A stretch of 64,000 nucleotides of DNA from Sedimentisphaerales bacterium (GTDB lineage: Bacteria; Planctomycetota; Phycisphaerae; Sedimentisphaerales; Anaerobacaceae), in contig OY970194.1 of the NCBI GenBank assembly GCA_963708075.1, positions 640,001 to 704,000 of the forward strand. The letters run 5' to 3'. The notes beneath the pieces are model-generated. The model made no database searches. It had not been told where the DNA came from and was given only the letters and a program-made list of their open reading frames with translations. Both the position numbers and the translations under genes were made by a program. The first letter of the stretch is position 1. Each line of letters starts with the position of its first letter. Below are positions 19,627-29,254 of this stretch, piece after piece.

Positions 19627-21354
19627 ATGTCTGCAATCATCCATCATAAATCATCAATCATCCATAGTCGGAGGGGCGTGGCCCTTCTGCTGGTCCTGCT
19701 CATTATCATGGCGATCACGATCCTGTCACTGGGCTTTATCAGCCGCTGTGACACGGAGCTGGCCTGCGGGCAGAACATGCTCCTTCGCACGCAGATGGAC
19801 CAACTGGCGGATTCCGCGCTGGAACACGCCCGGGGCCTCATTCTCAATCCCCAGGACCTTGACACGGAGTACTGGACCGGGGCAGTAGAGCAGCAAATCA
19901 TGGCGGACAGCCCGGACTTCTACGATGTGGGTGTGACGCGCGATGATTCGAACCCGAACGAGCATCGCAACTACTCGATCACCTGTGAGGCGTATCAGTC
20001 GAAGAATGGTCAGAAGGTGGGGAGCAGCCGCCTGTCGGCCCAGCTTCGCCTGGACCCGTGTGTTGCGCTGTGGACAGGCGCTGACACCCTGTTGCGGCCG
20101 GGGCACATTCTTTATGGCGATTTCCGTTGTGCAGGCACGATCGTCAACCTCGGCACCACCAACATCAACGGAGACGTTTTCTCGAACGCTTTGACGGGTG
20201 TCGTGGCCGGCCAGCACAAGGCCGTGGCGGACCTGTCGCTTGCCTGGCCTCCGGTGACGAGGACATACGCCAGTCCTGTCTACGGGAGCTATCCCGTCAG
20301 TCCCGGTACTCTGACGAATACGGACCCGACGTATCAGATTGCGAGAGTGTGGCAGTGTGCGGGTGATTTGACTCTCGGCAACAACGTGGCCATCCAGGGC
20401 ATGCTCCTGGTGGACGGCAATCTTACGATTCGAGGCAACACGAACCTCCTCACGGCCGCCAAGGACCTTCCCGCCCTGTACGTGAGGGGTGATCTGGTCG
20501 TTGAAGACGTTGATAACCTGAGAATTGAGGGGCTGGCGGTTGTCGAAGGCGGTGTTCGTGTCAGTGCAGGCGCATCGAACGTCCATATTCTTGGCGGGCT
20601 GTTCGTCAAAGGCGGCATTCTGGAGACCGCTCCGGATTCGGCAGGGGGCCATTGTGACTGCACCGTGTACGATGCTCCGACATGGCATCCGAGCGGCGGC
20701 CAGCACCTGGGCGCCCTGGAGTTCGATGGTGTGAATGACTATCTGCGCACCGCGGACAGCGCGTCTTTGCAGTTAACGGGCGACTACACCATCTCGGTAT
20801 GGATCAAGCCGGCCGCCTCTCAGAAGGTCTCTGCGGCGATTCTGGCAAAGACCAATGACACGGGCTCCAGTAATCATTGGGCCCTGCAGTTCGATGCCGG
20901 CAGTCTTATCGTACGCCATCCGACCGGAAGCTGGCCAACGGACATCACGATGGCTGATATGGCGGCGCAAGACCGGTGGTACCACGTGGCGGTAGTTCGG
21001 CAGGGCAACACAATGTCCTCCTACTTCGCCGGAGCCTTGCGCAAGCAGGAGACTTGGAACGTCGGGCCTGGCATCGGCAACGGGCATCTGAATATCGCCG
21101 TGGATCGAGCCGCTGATCCCGCATGTCTCTATACCGGCCTGATCGACGATCTTCGCATTTATAACCAGGCGGTGACGATGCCGCCGCCGAACGGTGTGCC
21201 CAGCCTGATCGGGCATTGGAAACTCGATGAGAGTGGCTCTGATGTAAGCATCATTGCAGAACCCGCAAGATCCGCCATTGTCACCTCTGGCTCCCCGGAC
21301 CAATACTGGAGCCAGGCGGCGGGCGCCTTCTATAGAAGTATCCGCAGAGACTGA
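19627..21354 (+). CDS. PilX/GspK-like tip pilin with beta-solenoid and inserted LamG/ConA-like domain
   Basis: RRG|VALLLVLLII (no Glu5, typical of PilX/GspK); vxGdlti repeats; LamG motifs GALEFDGVNDY, TISVWIK, WYHVAVV, GLIDDLRIYN. Confidence 0.82.
   Translation: MSAIIHHKSSIIHSRRGVALLLVLLIIMAITILSLGFISRCDTELACGQNMLLRTQMDQLADSALEHARGLILNPQDLDTEYWTGAVEQQIMADSPDFYDVGVTRDDSNPNEHRNYSITCEAYQSKNGQKVGSSRLSAQLRLDPCVALWTGADTLLRPGHILYGDFRCAGTIVNLGTTNINGDVFSNALTGVVAGQHKAVADLSLAWPPVTRTYASPVYGSYPVSPGTLTNTDPTYQIARVWQCAGDLTLGNNVAIQGMLLVDGNLTIRGNTNLLTAAKDLPALYVRGDLVVEDVDNLRIEGLAVVEGGVRVSAGASNVHILGGLFVKGGILETAPDSAGGHCDCTVYDAPTWHPSGGQHLGALEFDGVNDYLRTADSASLQLTGDYTISVWIKPAASQKVSAAILAKTNDTGSSNHWALQFDAGSLIVRHPTGSWPTDITMADMAAQDRWYHVAVVRQGNTMSSYFAGALRKQETWNVGPGIGNGHLNIAVDRAADPACLYTGLIDDLRIYNQAVTMPPPNGVPSLIGHWKLDESGSDVSIIAEPARSAIVTSGSPDQYWSQAAGAFYRSIRRD
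19637..19664 (+). repeat. Heptamer repeat x4 (TCATCCA/TCATAAA/TCATCAA), reverse complement of the 12354 repeat family
   Basis: Four tandem 7-mers inside the prepilin leader (encode IIHHKSSIIH). Confidence 0.8.
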
Positions 21355-21741
21355 TCTCAGTCGAAAGTCACCAGGTACGTCCGGAAACATTTCCCTGTTT
21401 ATTGGTCATATGGGTCCGCGCCGGGAAAAACGTGGCGGTCCCGGAAGGGCGGCGCGCGTGCGCCGCTCCCACAATGTTTGCCGGGTTTTCGGCTGTGGCA
21501 GGGGAACCGACGGGCGATTGTAGCAGTCATAACGACTTTGATTCGAGACTATAGAACCTTTGAGGATTGTATCGCCTGCGGAACGGCCCTGTCGGGGTGT
21601 TATTCGATCAGGATGCCGCGCCCGTCAGATTCCTTTTGTATCCTTTGGATTAGGCGCTGCCAGTTCGCGCTGTTGCGGGTAAAGACGCGTCCCGGATGGG
21701 CCGAATAAAGAACGGAGGTAGAGTGTGCAATGTGTGGAAAC

Positions 21742-22275
21742 ATGAAAAAACGAATTCAGCAAAGAGCCGCGGTACGGGACACGCTTGGGAGCGGATTCAC
21801 GATCATTGAAGTGATCCTGGTCGTGGTCATCATCGGCATTGCGGCCGCGGTGGTCGTGCCCATGGCCTCTTCCGCCGGTGGCATGCAACTCCGCGCCGCG
21901 GTGAACATGGTCGCTGCCGATCTCGAGTATGCCAAGAGCATGGCGATCAGCAGGGGACAGCCCTACTCGGTCGTGTTCGATAAAACCACCGAGACGTATC
22001 GCGTCGTGAACCAGGCCGGCACCGTGATTCAGCACCCGGTCAAGAAAGGGTTCAACTACGTGATCGATTTTCGGAGTGAAGGCCGGCTCGACCGGGTGGA
22101 GATTCTCGATGCAAGCTTCGACGCCACGAACAAGGTGACGTTCGATTACCTGGGAAGTCCGTACAACGGCACCCCGGGCCCACTGAACAGCGGGGTGGTC
22201 ACATTGCGGTCGGGAACTACGACGAGAACGGTGAGCGTGGAACCCGTCACTGGATTCATTTCCGTATCGAATTGA
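21742..22275 (+). CDS. FimT/GspH-like minor pilin
   Basis: GSG|FTIIEVILVVVIIGIAAAVVVP; ADLEYAKSMAI; VTFDYLGSP; C-terminal VSVEPVTG. Confidence 0.85.
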   Translation: MKKRIQQRAAVRDTLGSGFTIIEVILVVVIIGIAAAVVVPMASSAGGMQLRAAVNMVAADLEYAKSMAISRGQPYSVVFDKTTETYRVVNQAGTVIQHPVKKGFNYVIDFRSEGRLDRVEILDASFDATNKVTFDYLGSPYNGTPGPLNSGVVTLRSGTTTRTVSVEPVTGFISVSN

Positions 22276-22285
22276 GCGGCTTGAG

Positions 22286-23437
22286 ATGTTGATGTCAAAG
22301 TGGATAGTTCGGAACCACAAGATCCTGCCCATCGGGGTGGACATCGGTCACAGTTGCATCAAGATGATTCAACTGGCCGAGTCGGATGGCAATCTGCAGG
22401 TCCTGGCCGCAGGACAGGCTCCGATGCCCGCGTCCGCCGCACTGGATGAGGCGCAGCGACGTCGCTGTGTGGTCTCCGCGATCAGGCAACTGCTGTCGCA
22501 CGGCCGCTTCAGGGGACGCAACGCCGTCTCGGCGCTGTCGGCGGACGAGCTGCAGATCACCTCCGTTCGCCTCGCGGAGGCGGAATCCCTTCAGGTGGAC
22601 AAGGCACTACGCAAAGAAGCCGCCCAGAGATTCAATCTTGATGCGGACGTAGACGCCATCGATTATCTACTCGCCGGCAGCGTTCGCCAGGACGACGAAG
22701 TGAAGAATGAGTTCATTGTCCTGGCCGCCAAGGCAGGAACGATTGAAAGCCACATCTGCCTCCTGGAGGAGGCCGGTCTTCAACCCGTAGGAATCGATGC
22801 GGCTCCCTGTGCCCTGTTCCGGAGCTTCGAGAGAGCCTTGCGTCGCGAGGAGGATAAACAGCGAACGGTCATTTTTGTGGATGTTGGGTATCGGTACACG
22901 ACCGTGGTCTTCGCTCGCAACGGCGAGATCTGTCTGGCCAAGCAAATGCCGTTCGGAACAGCCCGGTTCGATGAGGAGATTGCCTCGAAGCTGGAGGTAG
23001 CCGCCGGCGATGCGGAGTCTCTGCGTCTGCGGCTGCAACGAGAGGAATCGATGGAAGAAGGCACTCGCCAGCTTGTCACGGATGCGGTTGTCTCCGCGGC
23101 CGAACAGCTTGCCAGGGAGTTGTCTTTGTGTCTTCGGTATCATACGGTCACGTTTCGTGGCAAACGCGTGGAGCGAGCGGTGGTCGCCGGCGGAGGCGCG
23201 AAGGAGAAGCTGCTGCTGGACGTCCTGCAGCGACATTTGTCCATCGCGGTGGAGTCTGCCGAGCCATTGCGAGGTCTGGACCTCGCGGATACGAAGTGCG
23301 GCGATGAATGCAGCCATTCCCCGGCAGGCCTGGCTCTGGCCATCGGACTCAGCCTCAAAGGACGCAGTCCCTCTGCCGAGGCGTGTGAGCCATCAGAGGT
23401 TGCGCTCGAGCCGGTGCTGGAAGGGGAGCCATCATGA
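22286..23437 (+). CDS. pilM: Type IV pilus assembly protein PilM (actin-like)
   Basis: IGVDIGHSCIKMIQL, VDVGYRYTTV, VVAGGGA, ALAIGLSL. Confidence 0.88.
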   Translation: MLMSKWIVRNHKILPIGVDIGHSCIKMIQLAESDGNLQVLAAGQAPMPASAALDEAQRRRCVVSAIRQLLSHGRFRGRNAVSALSADELQITSVRLAEAESLQVDKALRKEAAQRFNLDADVDAIDYLLAGSVRQDDEVKNEFIVLAAKAGTIESHICLLEEAGLQPVGIDAAPCALFRSFERALRREEDKQRTVIFVDVGYRYTTVVFARNGEICLAKQMPFGTARFDEEIASKLEVAAGDAESLRLRLQREESMEEGTRQLVTDAVVSAAEQLARELSLCLRYHTVTFRGKRVERAVVAGGGAKEKLLLDVLQRHLSIAVESAEPLRGLDLADTKCGDECSHSPAGLALAIGLSLKGRSPSAEACEPSEVALEPVLEGEPS

Positions 23438-24165
23438 AGGACATCGACTTTCTTCCAGAGTGGTACAAAGAAAGCAAGCGCCGACGGCAGCACGTGCGCA
23501 GACAGTATGTGGTTTTGGCGGTCGCTTTCATTGCGATGATCAGCTACAACACGACAGCGACCCATAGAATCACGCGAGCCAGTGCCGAATTGGCCCGGCT
23601 CGAAGGCAAGCGGGTCCAGGCGGAGATCGCCTCCCAGGAGTTCAACACCGTTACGGGTAATCTGAACCAGGTGCGCGAGAAGGCAGCGCTGATCGAGCGG
23701 ATCGACTCGAAGATCAATCTGGCGGCGGTGCTGGCGGAGATGAGTCACATCCTTGGCGAGACGGTGGTCCTGAGCCGGGTCGAGGTCGTCGCAGAGCCTT
23801 TCGCAAACGACGAGAAGGACCCGCGCACGAGTGATACAGGCGTGCGCATCGCGGATGGTAAGAAGGATACCTCCCGAGGGACTCTGGTGGGCAGCGTCCG
23901 TTTTCATATCGTTCTGACCGGCGTGGCGGTCAGTCCCGCCGACGTGGCGGCGCTGGTCCGACGGTTGGATGATTCGTCCTATTTTCATCGCGTACATGCT
24001 TCGTTTTGGCGCAGTGGCAAGGTTCAGGTCTCCGGCCAGCCTGTGCAGGGCGCATCGAAAACGCAGGGTGGCGCTGTCCCGGCCGGACAGCCGGAGACCC
24101 TTGACGTGACCGAGTTCGAGGTTGCCTGTTACCTCGCCAACTATAAGGAAACCGACAATCGATGA
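23434..24165 (+). CDS. pilN: PilN-like alignment protein
   Basis: IDFLP N-terminal motif (INLLP-like), one TM, coiled coil, LTGVA...RLDDSSYF; ATGA overlap with pilM. Confidence 0.8.
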   Translation: MKDIDFLPEWYKESKRRRQHVRRQYVVLAVAFIAMISYNTTATHRITRASAELARLEGKRVQAEIASQEFNTVTGNLNQVREKAALIERIDSKINLAAVLAEMSHILGETVVLSRVEVVAEPFANDEKDPRTSDTGVRIADGKKDTSRGTLVGSVRFHIVLTGVAVSPADVAALVRRLDDSSYFHRVHASFWRSGKVQVSGQPVQGASKTQGGAVPAGQPETLDVTEFEVACYLANYKETDNR

Positions 24166-24749
24166 GTAATATGGCGCCCAAGAGATCAAGTCGCAAGCAG
24201 CAGGCATGGCTGTATGCCATCGCGGTGCTGTTCTGCGCGGATTTCGTCTTCTACGGCTATCTGCCGTCCTATAAACGGCTGCAGTCCCTGCGAGAGACGG
24301 GAAGCCAGCAGCGGCGCCTGATTGAGACCGCCGCAGCCCAGAGCGAGGAATTGCCCGCGCTCAAGGTCCGTCTCGCGAACGTCGAGCAGATCGTCGAGCA
24401 CTATGAAAGTTATATCCCTGCGGAAGTGTCATTGGGATCGTTCCTGCAGGAGATCGCACGGACCATGACCGAGCACCGTCTGACCGATCAGGTGGTTGTG
24501 CCGGGCAAGGAAGTGGAATTGGAGGGCGTTGGATGTGCTCCCGTGCACGTCAACTGCAAGGGAAGCCTCAAGGACATCTTCAGCTTCTTCCATGACCTTC
24601 AGGCGATGGACAGGCTGGTGCGCATCGAGAAGGTGACCTTGCAGAATGATCGTGGTTTCACGGGTTGCGTCAGCATGGATACGGACGCCGTCATTTTCTA
24701 CCGACCGCAGGCGGCGCGGGATGCGACGAGCGTTGCGGTGGGCTTGTAG
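24162..24749 (+). CDS. pilO: PilO-like protein
   Basis: One TM, coiled coil, C-terminal P.HV..KGS...F.FF..L..MDRLVRIEKV. Confidence 0.8.
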   Translation: MSNMAPKRSSRKQQAWLYAIAVLFCADFVFYGYLPSYKRLQSLRETGSQQRRLIETAAAQSEELPALKVRLANVEQIVEHYESYIPAEVSLGSFLQEIARTMTEHRLTDQVVVPGKEVELEGVGCAPVHVNCKGSLKDIFSFFHDLQAMDRLVRIEKVTLQNDRGFTGCVSMDTDAVIFYRPQAARDATSVAVGL

Positions 24750-24760
24750 GGTCGTGAGCG

Positions 24761-25369
24761 ATGACGCACAGCAGAAACAGCAGGATCTCGCAGGCACAGC
24801 AGGTGCTGGACCGTCTGGCCGCCGACAAGAAGAAGACGGTGTTTGCCGTGTCCCTGTTTGCCATCATGGGCTTCATGTGGTTCCGCGTGCTGACGGGCCA
24901 TCGACCCGGCCCCGTAGCGGCCGAGACAGTCACGGGACAGGAGCAGGCCGAGCCGCAGAAGCCCCCGCGGAACGTCCGCTATCTGGAATTGCCCAATCTT
25001 CCGGGCCGAAATGATTATATCAACAGGGATTTCTTCGCCTCGCGGGACTGGGAGTGTTTTCGCCAGAATTCGACCTTGATGCAGAACCCGGAAGTAAAGG
25101 TGCAGGTGGTTGCTTCCGATCACAATTATGAAGTGGCTGCCCGTTTGGGGCAGAAATTGAAGTTGGAGGCCGTTTTGAAGGACGGGAATCCCCGGGCCTT
25201 CATCAATGACCAGTTGTTGCGCCTTGGGGATCGACTCACCGTCCGCGACGGCCCGGATACATGCGAATTTGAAGTGCTGCGTATCTATGAGGATTCGGTG
25301 CTTGTTGGATGTAACGGAACACAATTGACGCTGAAGCTGATACAGCATCTGGATGTAGACAAACAATAG
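24761..25369 (+). CDS. PilP/GspC-position membrane protein
   Basis: One TM, RDFF motif, C-terminal LKLEAVL..RAFINDQLLRLGD..VLRI; lies between pilO and the secretin. Confidence 0.65.
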   Translation: MTHSRNSRISQAQQVLDRLAADKKKTVFAVSLFAIMGFMWFRVLTGHRPGPVAAETVTGQEQAEPQKPPRNVRYLELPNLPGRNDYINRDFFASRDWECFRQNSTLMQNPEVKVQVVASDHNYEVAARLGQKLKLEAVLKDGNPRAFINDQLLRLGDRLTVRDGPDTCEFEVLRIYEDSVLVGCNGTQLTLKLIQHLDVDKQ

Positions 25370-25436
25370 ATCGATTTGAGACAGAATCGTGTTCGTAGTT
25401 TTCGAAAGTGTGTCTTTGAAGAGCAGGAGTATGACT

Positions 25437-27216
25437 ATGTGTTGTGAGAATAAAATGAATGAACTAGGCTTTCGATGGGGGCGGCTGTGCGCCGTGCTGC
25501 TGGTTCTCGCAGTCGGTTCCACACTGCTGGCCCAACCCAACGCCCTGGCGCCGAATCCGGATCCGGGGACAAACGAAGAAGTGATCGATCCCAATGATGC
25601 GCAGGTGGACTTGTCGAACGGCTGTTTCATCAAGTTCATCGCGTTCCGCAAGGATGGGACCATTCGCGATGGACTGCGGCTGCTTGCTGCCCTGTGCAAG
25701 AAGAACATCGTGCCTTCTGCCGGGGTCGAAGGTCTGCTGACCATCAGCAGGCTTTACAACGTCACATTCGAGCAGGCGCTCGCTGCCGTCCTGGGCAATG
25801 GTTTCAAGTATGAGCAGGATGGTGATTTCGTGCGGGTGTACACGGCCGACGAACTCAAGAAGATCAAGGAAGATCCGACACGGATGGTCCATAAAGTGCT
25901 TACGCTGTACTACATCACGGCCGTAGAGGCCAGCAAGCTGATTCAGCCGGTTCTGAGCGGTTCTCCGGAGGCGAAGATCCAGATGACCTCGGCTGCCCAA
26001 AAGACGATCTCGTCCGGGGGCAGTGGGGGCGGCGGTGGCAGCAGCGGTGGCGCCGGCGGCGGATTGACTTCCTCCGGTGGAGGTGGTGACGATTTGGCGC
26101 TCAATGACATGATCGTCATCTACGATTACCCGGAGAACGTGGCCAAGGCAGAAGCCGTGATCCGCGAGGTCGATGTTCGACCGAGACAGGTCCTGGTCGA
26201 AGCGACAGTCATGTCCGTGAAACTGACCGAAGACATGGAGTTCGGAATCGATTGGAACCTGCTCAGCGGTATCCAGGTCGACACGGATAGAATCGTCACC
26301 GGCGACGGCTATGGCACTCCGATCCAGACCGTTGGTTTTACAGGGGAGCGTGGCGGCCGCGGGTTGACCGTAGGTTTCTCTGCGGGCAACGTCCGCGCGG
26401 CCCTCACGGCCCTGGAGGAAATCACCGATACGACCGTGCTCGCCAATCCGAAGATCCTCGCCGTCAATAAGCAGGAAGGTCAGGTCCTGATCGGCAACAA
26501 GATCGGTTATATCAACGCGACGACGCAGAACCAGACCTCGACCACGCAATCGGTGTCCTTCCTGGAGACCGGTACCCGCCTGGTGTTCCGGCCCTACATC
26601 TGCAGCGACGGCTATATCCGCCTGGATATCTATCCGAAGGACAGCGACGGGTTGTTGAAGCCGAATGACATCCCGGATGAGAAGACGACGGAGCTGAAGA
26701 CGAACGTCCTTGTCAAAGACGGGGAAACGGTCATCATCGGCGGTCTGTTCCGCGACAAGGTGGTCGCAAGCAAGGGACAGGTGCCGGTGTTGGGGAATCT
26801 GCCCATCCTCGGCGTTCTGTTCCGCGGCACGAAGGACACGGTGTCACGGGAAGAGGTGGTGGTCATGTTGACGCCTCACATCATCGATGACCCGGCTCAG
26901 ACGGATGCCAAAGATCGCATGGACGATGTGCGTCTCAAACGCGAAGGAGCGAAGCAGTCATTGCTGGGCATCGACACCGGCCGTCTGGCCGAGGACGCCT
27001 ATGCCAGGGCGGCCAAGAACTATCTCGAGGGGAATACGGAGCAGGCGTTGTTTGACGTCAGCTTCGCCCTCATGAATCGGCCGACTTACCTGGAGGCTCT
27101 GCGGCTTCGTGAACGGATTGTGGCCGAGAACCGACCCGGAGGAACTCAAACGCATGAATAGCGTCGTGGTCGAGAAGCTCGATCAGCAGGAGGCTCCTAA
27201 CTGGCGCCGGTATTGA
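25437..27216 (+). CDS. Secretin (PilQ/GspD family); apparent frameshift at ~27129
   Basis: DVRPRQVLVEATV, FGIDW, ANPKILAVNKQEG, ETGTRL, VKDGETVIIGGL, VPVLGNLPILGVLF, VVMLTPHII; the corrected frame ends ..EAPNWRRY* at 27216; start approximate. Confidence 0.9.
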
Positions 27217-27276
27217 TACCGTTGCCGGTGATTAACGGACAGTGAACCTGCAGAAAATGGGTTCGGAGGAGCAGCT

Positions 27277-28725
27277 TTGAAAACCCAGAAAGGCTTGGTC
27301 GGGGTCGCGGTGACTGTCACGGTTGCCTCCATGTTTGTGGCGGTCCTGGCTGAACTGCAGGTCTTTAGCATTGCAGCAGGGGTGCGCAGCCCGGTTTCCG
27401 GGCTGCGCCTTGCCCTGTATGCCGTCGGGGCTGTGGGCGTGATCATCCTCGGCGCGGCCCACTTCCGGCTAGCTGGAGTGGTCACGTCCATAGCCAGACA
27501 GCTTGCCCGGCAGGGATCCGGGCCGTCCGGTGAGGTGAAACTCGCCGGAACAGATGCGTTGTCGGCGGCGATCAGTACCTATGCTGCCGGCCGGGAAGCG
27601 TTTGTCCGCCAGCTCTGTGCGGAACTGGATGATCTTCGGATTCGCACCCGGCTTTCCGAGCGGCAAAAGCGGCACACCGAAGCCATCATTTATAGTCTCC
27701 GGGACGCTGTGGTTGTCGTCGATGAGCAGGATCGCCTGGTCATGGCGAACGAGCCGGCAGCCGGGCTCCTGGGATTCAACGCCGACGGTCGCGGCAAGCC
27801 GATCTCCGACGTTTGCGGCGAAAAGCATCAGGAATTCGTCGAGTTCCTCCGTCAGAGTGCGCAAAGCGGTGTCGAAGGCACTCGCCGGGAGATGGCGTTT
27901 GCCCTGGGGGAACAGCCTCACGTGTTTGACACCATCGTATCCTGTGTGTACGAGGGTCCGAAGGTCTCCGGCGTGGTCGCTGTGCTGCACGACATCACGC
28001 GTGAAAAAGAAATCTCGCAGATGAAGAACGACTTCGTCAGCCACGTCTCCCACGAGCTGAAGACGCCCCTGGCGTCCATCACGGCCTATTCGGAGATGCT
28101 CGTGGACGGCGAGGCGAACGATGAGGAGACCCGCAAGGAATTCTATGGGATTATCCAGACCCAGGCCCAGCGGCTCAACCGGCTCATCGAGGACATCCTG
28201 AACATCTCGCGGATTGAGTCGGGGCTGATCAAGGTCGCCAAAGAGCCCATGAGCCTGGCCATCCTGATCGAGCAGCAGATGAGTATGATCCAAAAATACG
28301 CCGAGGAGAAGAATATCACGGTGACTCGGCAAACGCCTATCATTTTCGACCAGGTATATGCCGACAAGGACATGATTTCCCAGGTGATTGTGAACCTGCT
28401 GAGCAACGCCGTCAAGTACACACCGCCCGGCGGCTCTGTGCAGGTCGTCACGGAAGTGGATGAGGCGGCCGGCCGGGTCAAGGTCACAGTGACCGATACA
28501 GGAGTCGGCATCCCCGAGGAAGAGCTGGAGCACCTCTTCCAAAAGTTCTATCGTGTCGCCGCGAACAACAAACATGCGAAGGGCACGGGCCTGGGCCTAA
28601 ACCTGGTCAAGCAAATCGTCGAAAAAGTGCACAATGGGCGGGTGTTCGTCACCAGCAAGGTGGGAGCAGGCAGCACGTTTGGCTTCGAGCTGCCGCTGGC
28701 TGCCGTCGAAATGGCACCCGCGTAG
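27277..28725 (+). CDS. Membrane PAS-domain sensor histidine kinase
   Basis: Two TMs, PAS ending HDIT, H-box SHELKTPL, NLLSNAVKY, DTGVGI, FQKFYR, GTGLGL. Confidence 0.93.
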   Translation: MKTQKGLVGVAVTVTVASMFVAVLAELQVFSIAAGVRSPVSGLRLALYAVGAVGVIILGAAHFRLAGVVTSIARQLARQGSGPSGEVKLAGTDALSAAISTYAAGREAFVRQLCAELDDLRIRTRLSERQKRHTEAIIYSLRDAVVVVDEQDRLVMANEPAAGLLGFNADGRGKPISDVCGEKHQEFVEFLRQSAQSGVEGTRREMAFALGEQPHVFDTIVSCVYEGPKVSGVVAVLHDITREKEISQMKNDFVSHVSHELKTPLASITAYSEMLVDGEANDEETRKEFYGIIQTQAQRLNRLIEDILNISRIESGLIKVAKEPMSLAILIEQQMSMIQKYAEEKNITVTRQTPIIFDQVYADKDMISQVIVNLLSNAVKYTPPGGSVQVVTEVDEAAGRVKVTVTDTGVGIPEEELEHLFQKFYRVAANNKHAKGTGLGLNLVKQIVEKVHNGRVFVTSKVGAGSTFGFELPLAAVEMAPA

Positions 28726-28798
28726 AATTGTAATTGTACGGACTATTCTGAGGCTGTGGAAGAGAAGAGACCCGAAAGGTGATTTGGGGAGTGAATAC

Positions 28799-29191
28799 AT
28801 GGCGGGCAACAAGGTCCTTATTGCAGACGACGAAATTCACATCATTCATGTGGTCGCGATAAAGTTGCGGAACAACGGCTATGACGTCGTGTCCGCCAAC
28901 AACGGAGCGGAGGCATACGACATGGTCTGCGCCGAGCACCCCGACATCATCGTGACCGACTATCAGATGCCTCTGATGACGGGCGTCGAGATGATCGAGA
29001 AGCTGCGGGCCAACGAGGCCACCAGGCAGATCCCGGTCATTCTGCTGACTGCCCGGAGCTTCGCCATTTCGCAGGAGCAGCAGGAATCACTCGGCGTCTC
29101 CGCGTGCCTGAGCAAACCCTTCAGCCCGAAGGAGCTGCTCAAGAGCATTCAGGACATTCTGTACCAGCGGGAGCTTGCGGTCACGCAGTAG
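28799..29191 (+). CDS. Single-domain response regulator
   Basis: LIADDE, DYQMP..TG, LLTA, KPF; no output domain. Confidence 0.93.
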   Translation: MAGNKVLIADDEIHIIHVVAIKLRNNGYDVVSANNGAEAYDMVCAEHPDIIVTDYQMPLMTGVEMIEKLRANEATRQIPVILLTARSFAISQEQQESLGVSACLSKPFSPKELLKSIQDILYQRELAVTQ

Positions 29192-29254
29192 CCGTGATTG
29201 CGGGCACGGATCACTCGATATGTACGCAATCGACAGGAATTGGTGGAACGGGTT

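Noticed and set aside
5621..19664. Short tandem repeats as a CRISPR array
   Set aside because: Units are 7 or 13 bp with no spacers, and there are no cas genes in the window.
26010..26090. Gly/Ser-rich stretch in the secretin as a separate repeat element
   Set aside because: Low-complexity loops in the N3 domain are common in secretins.
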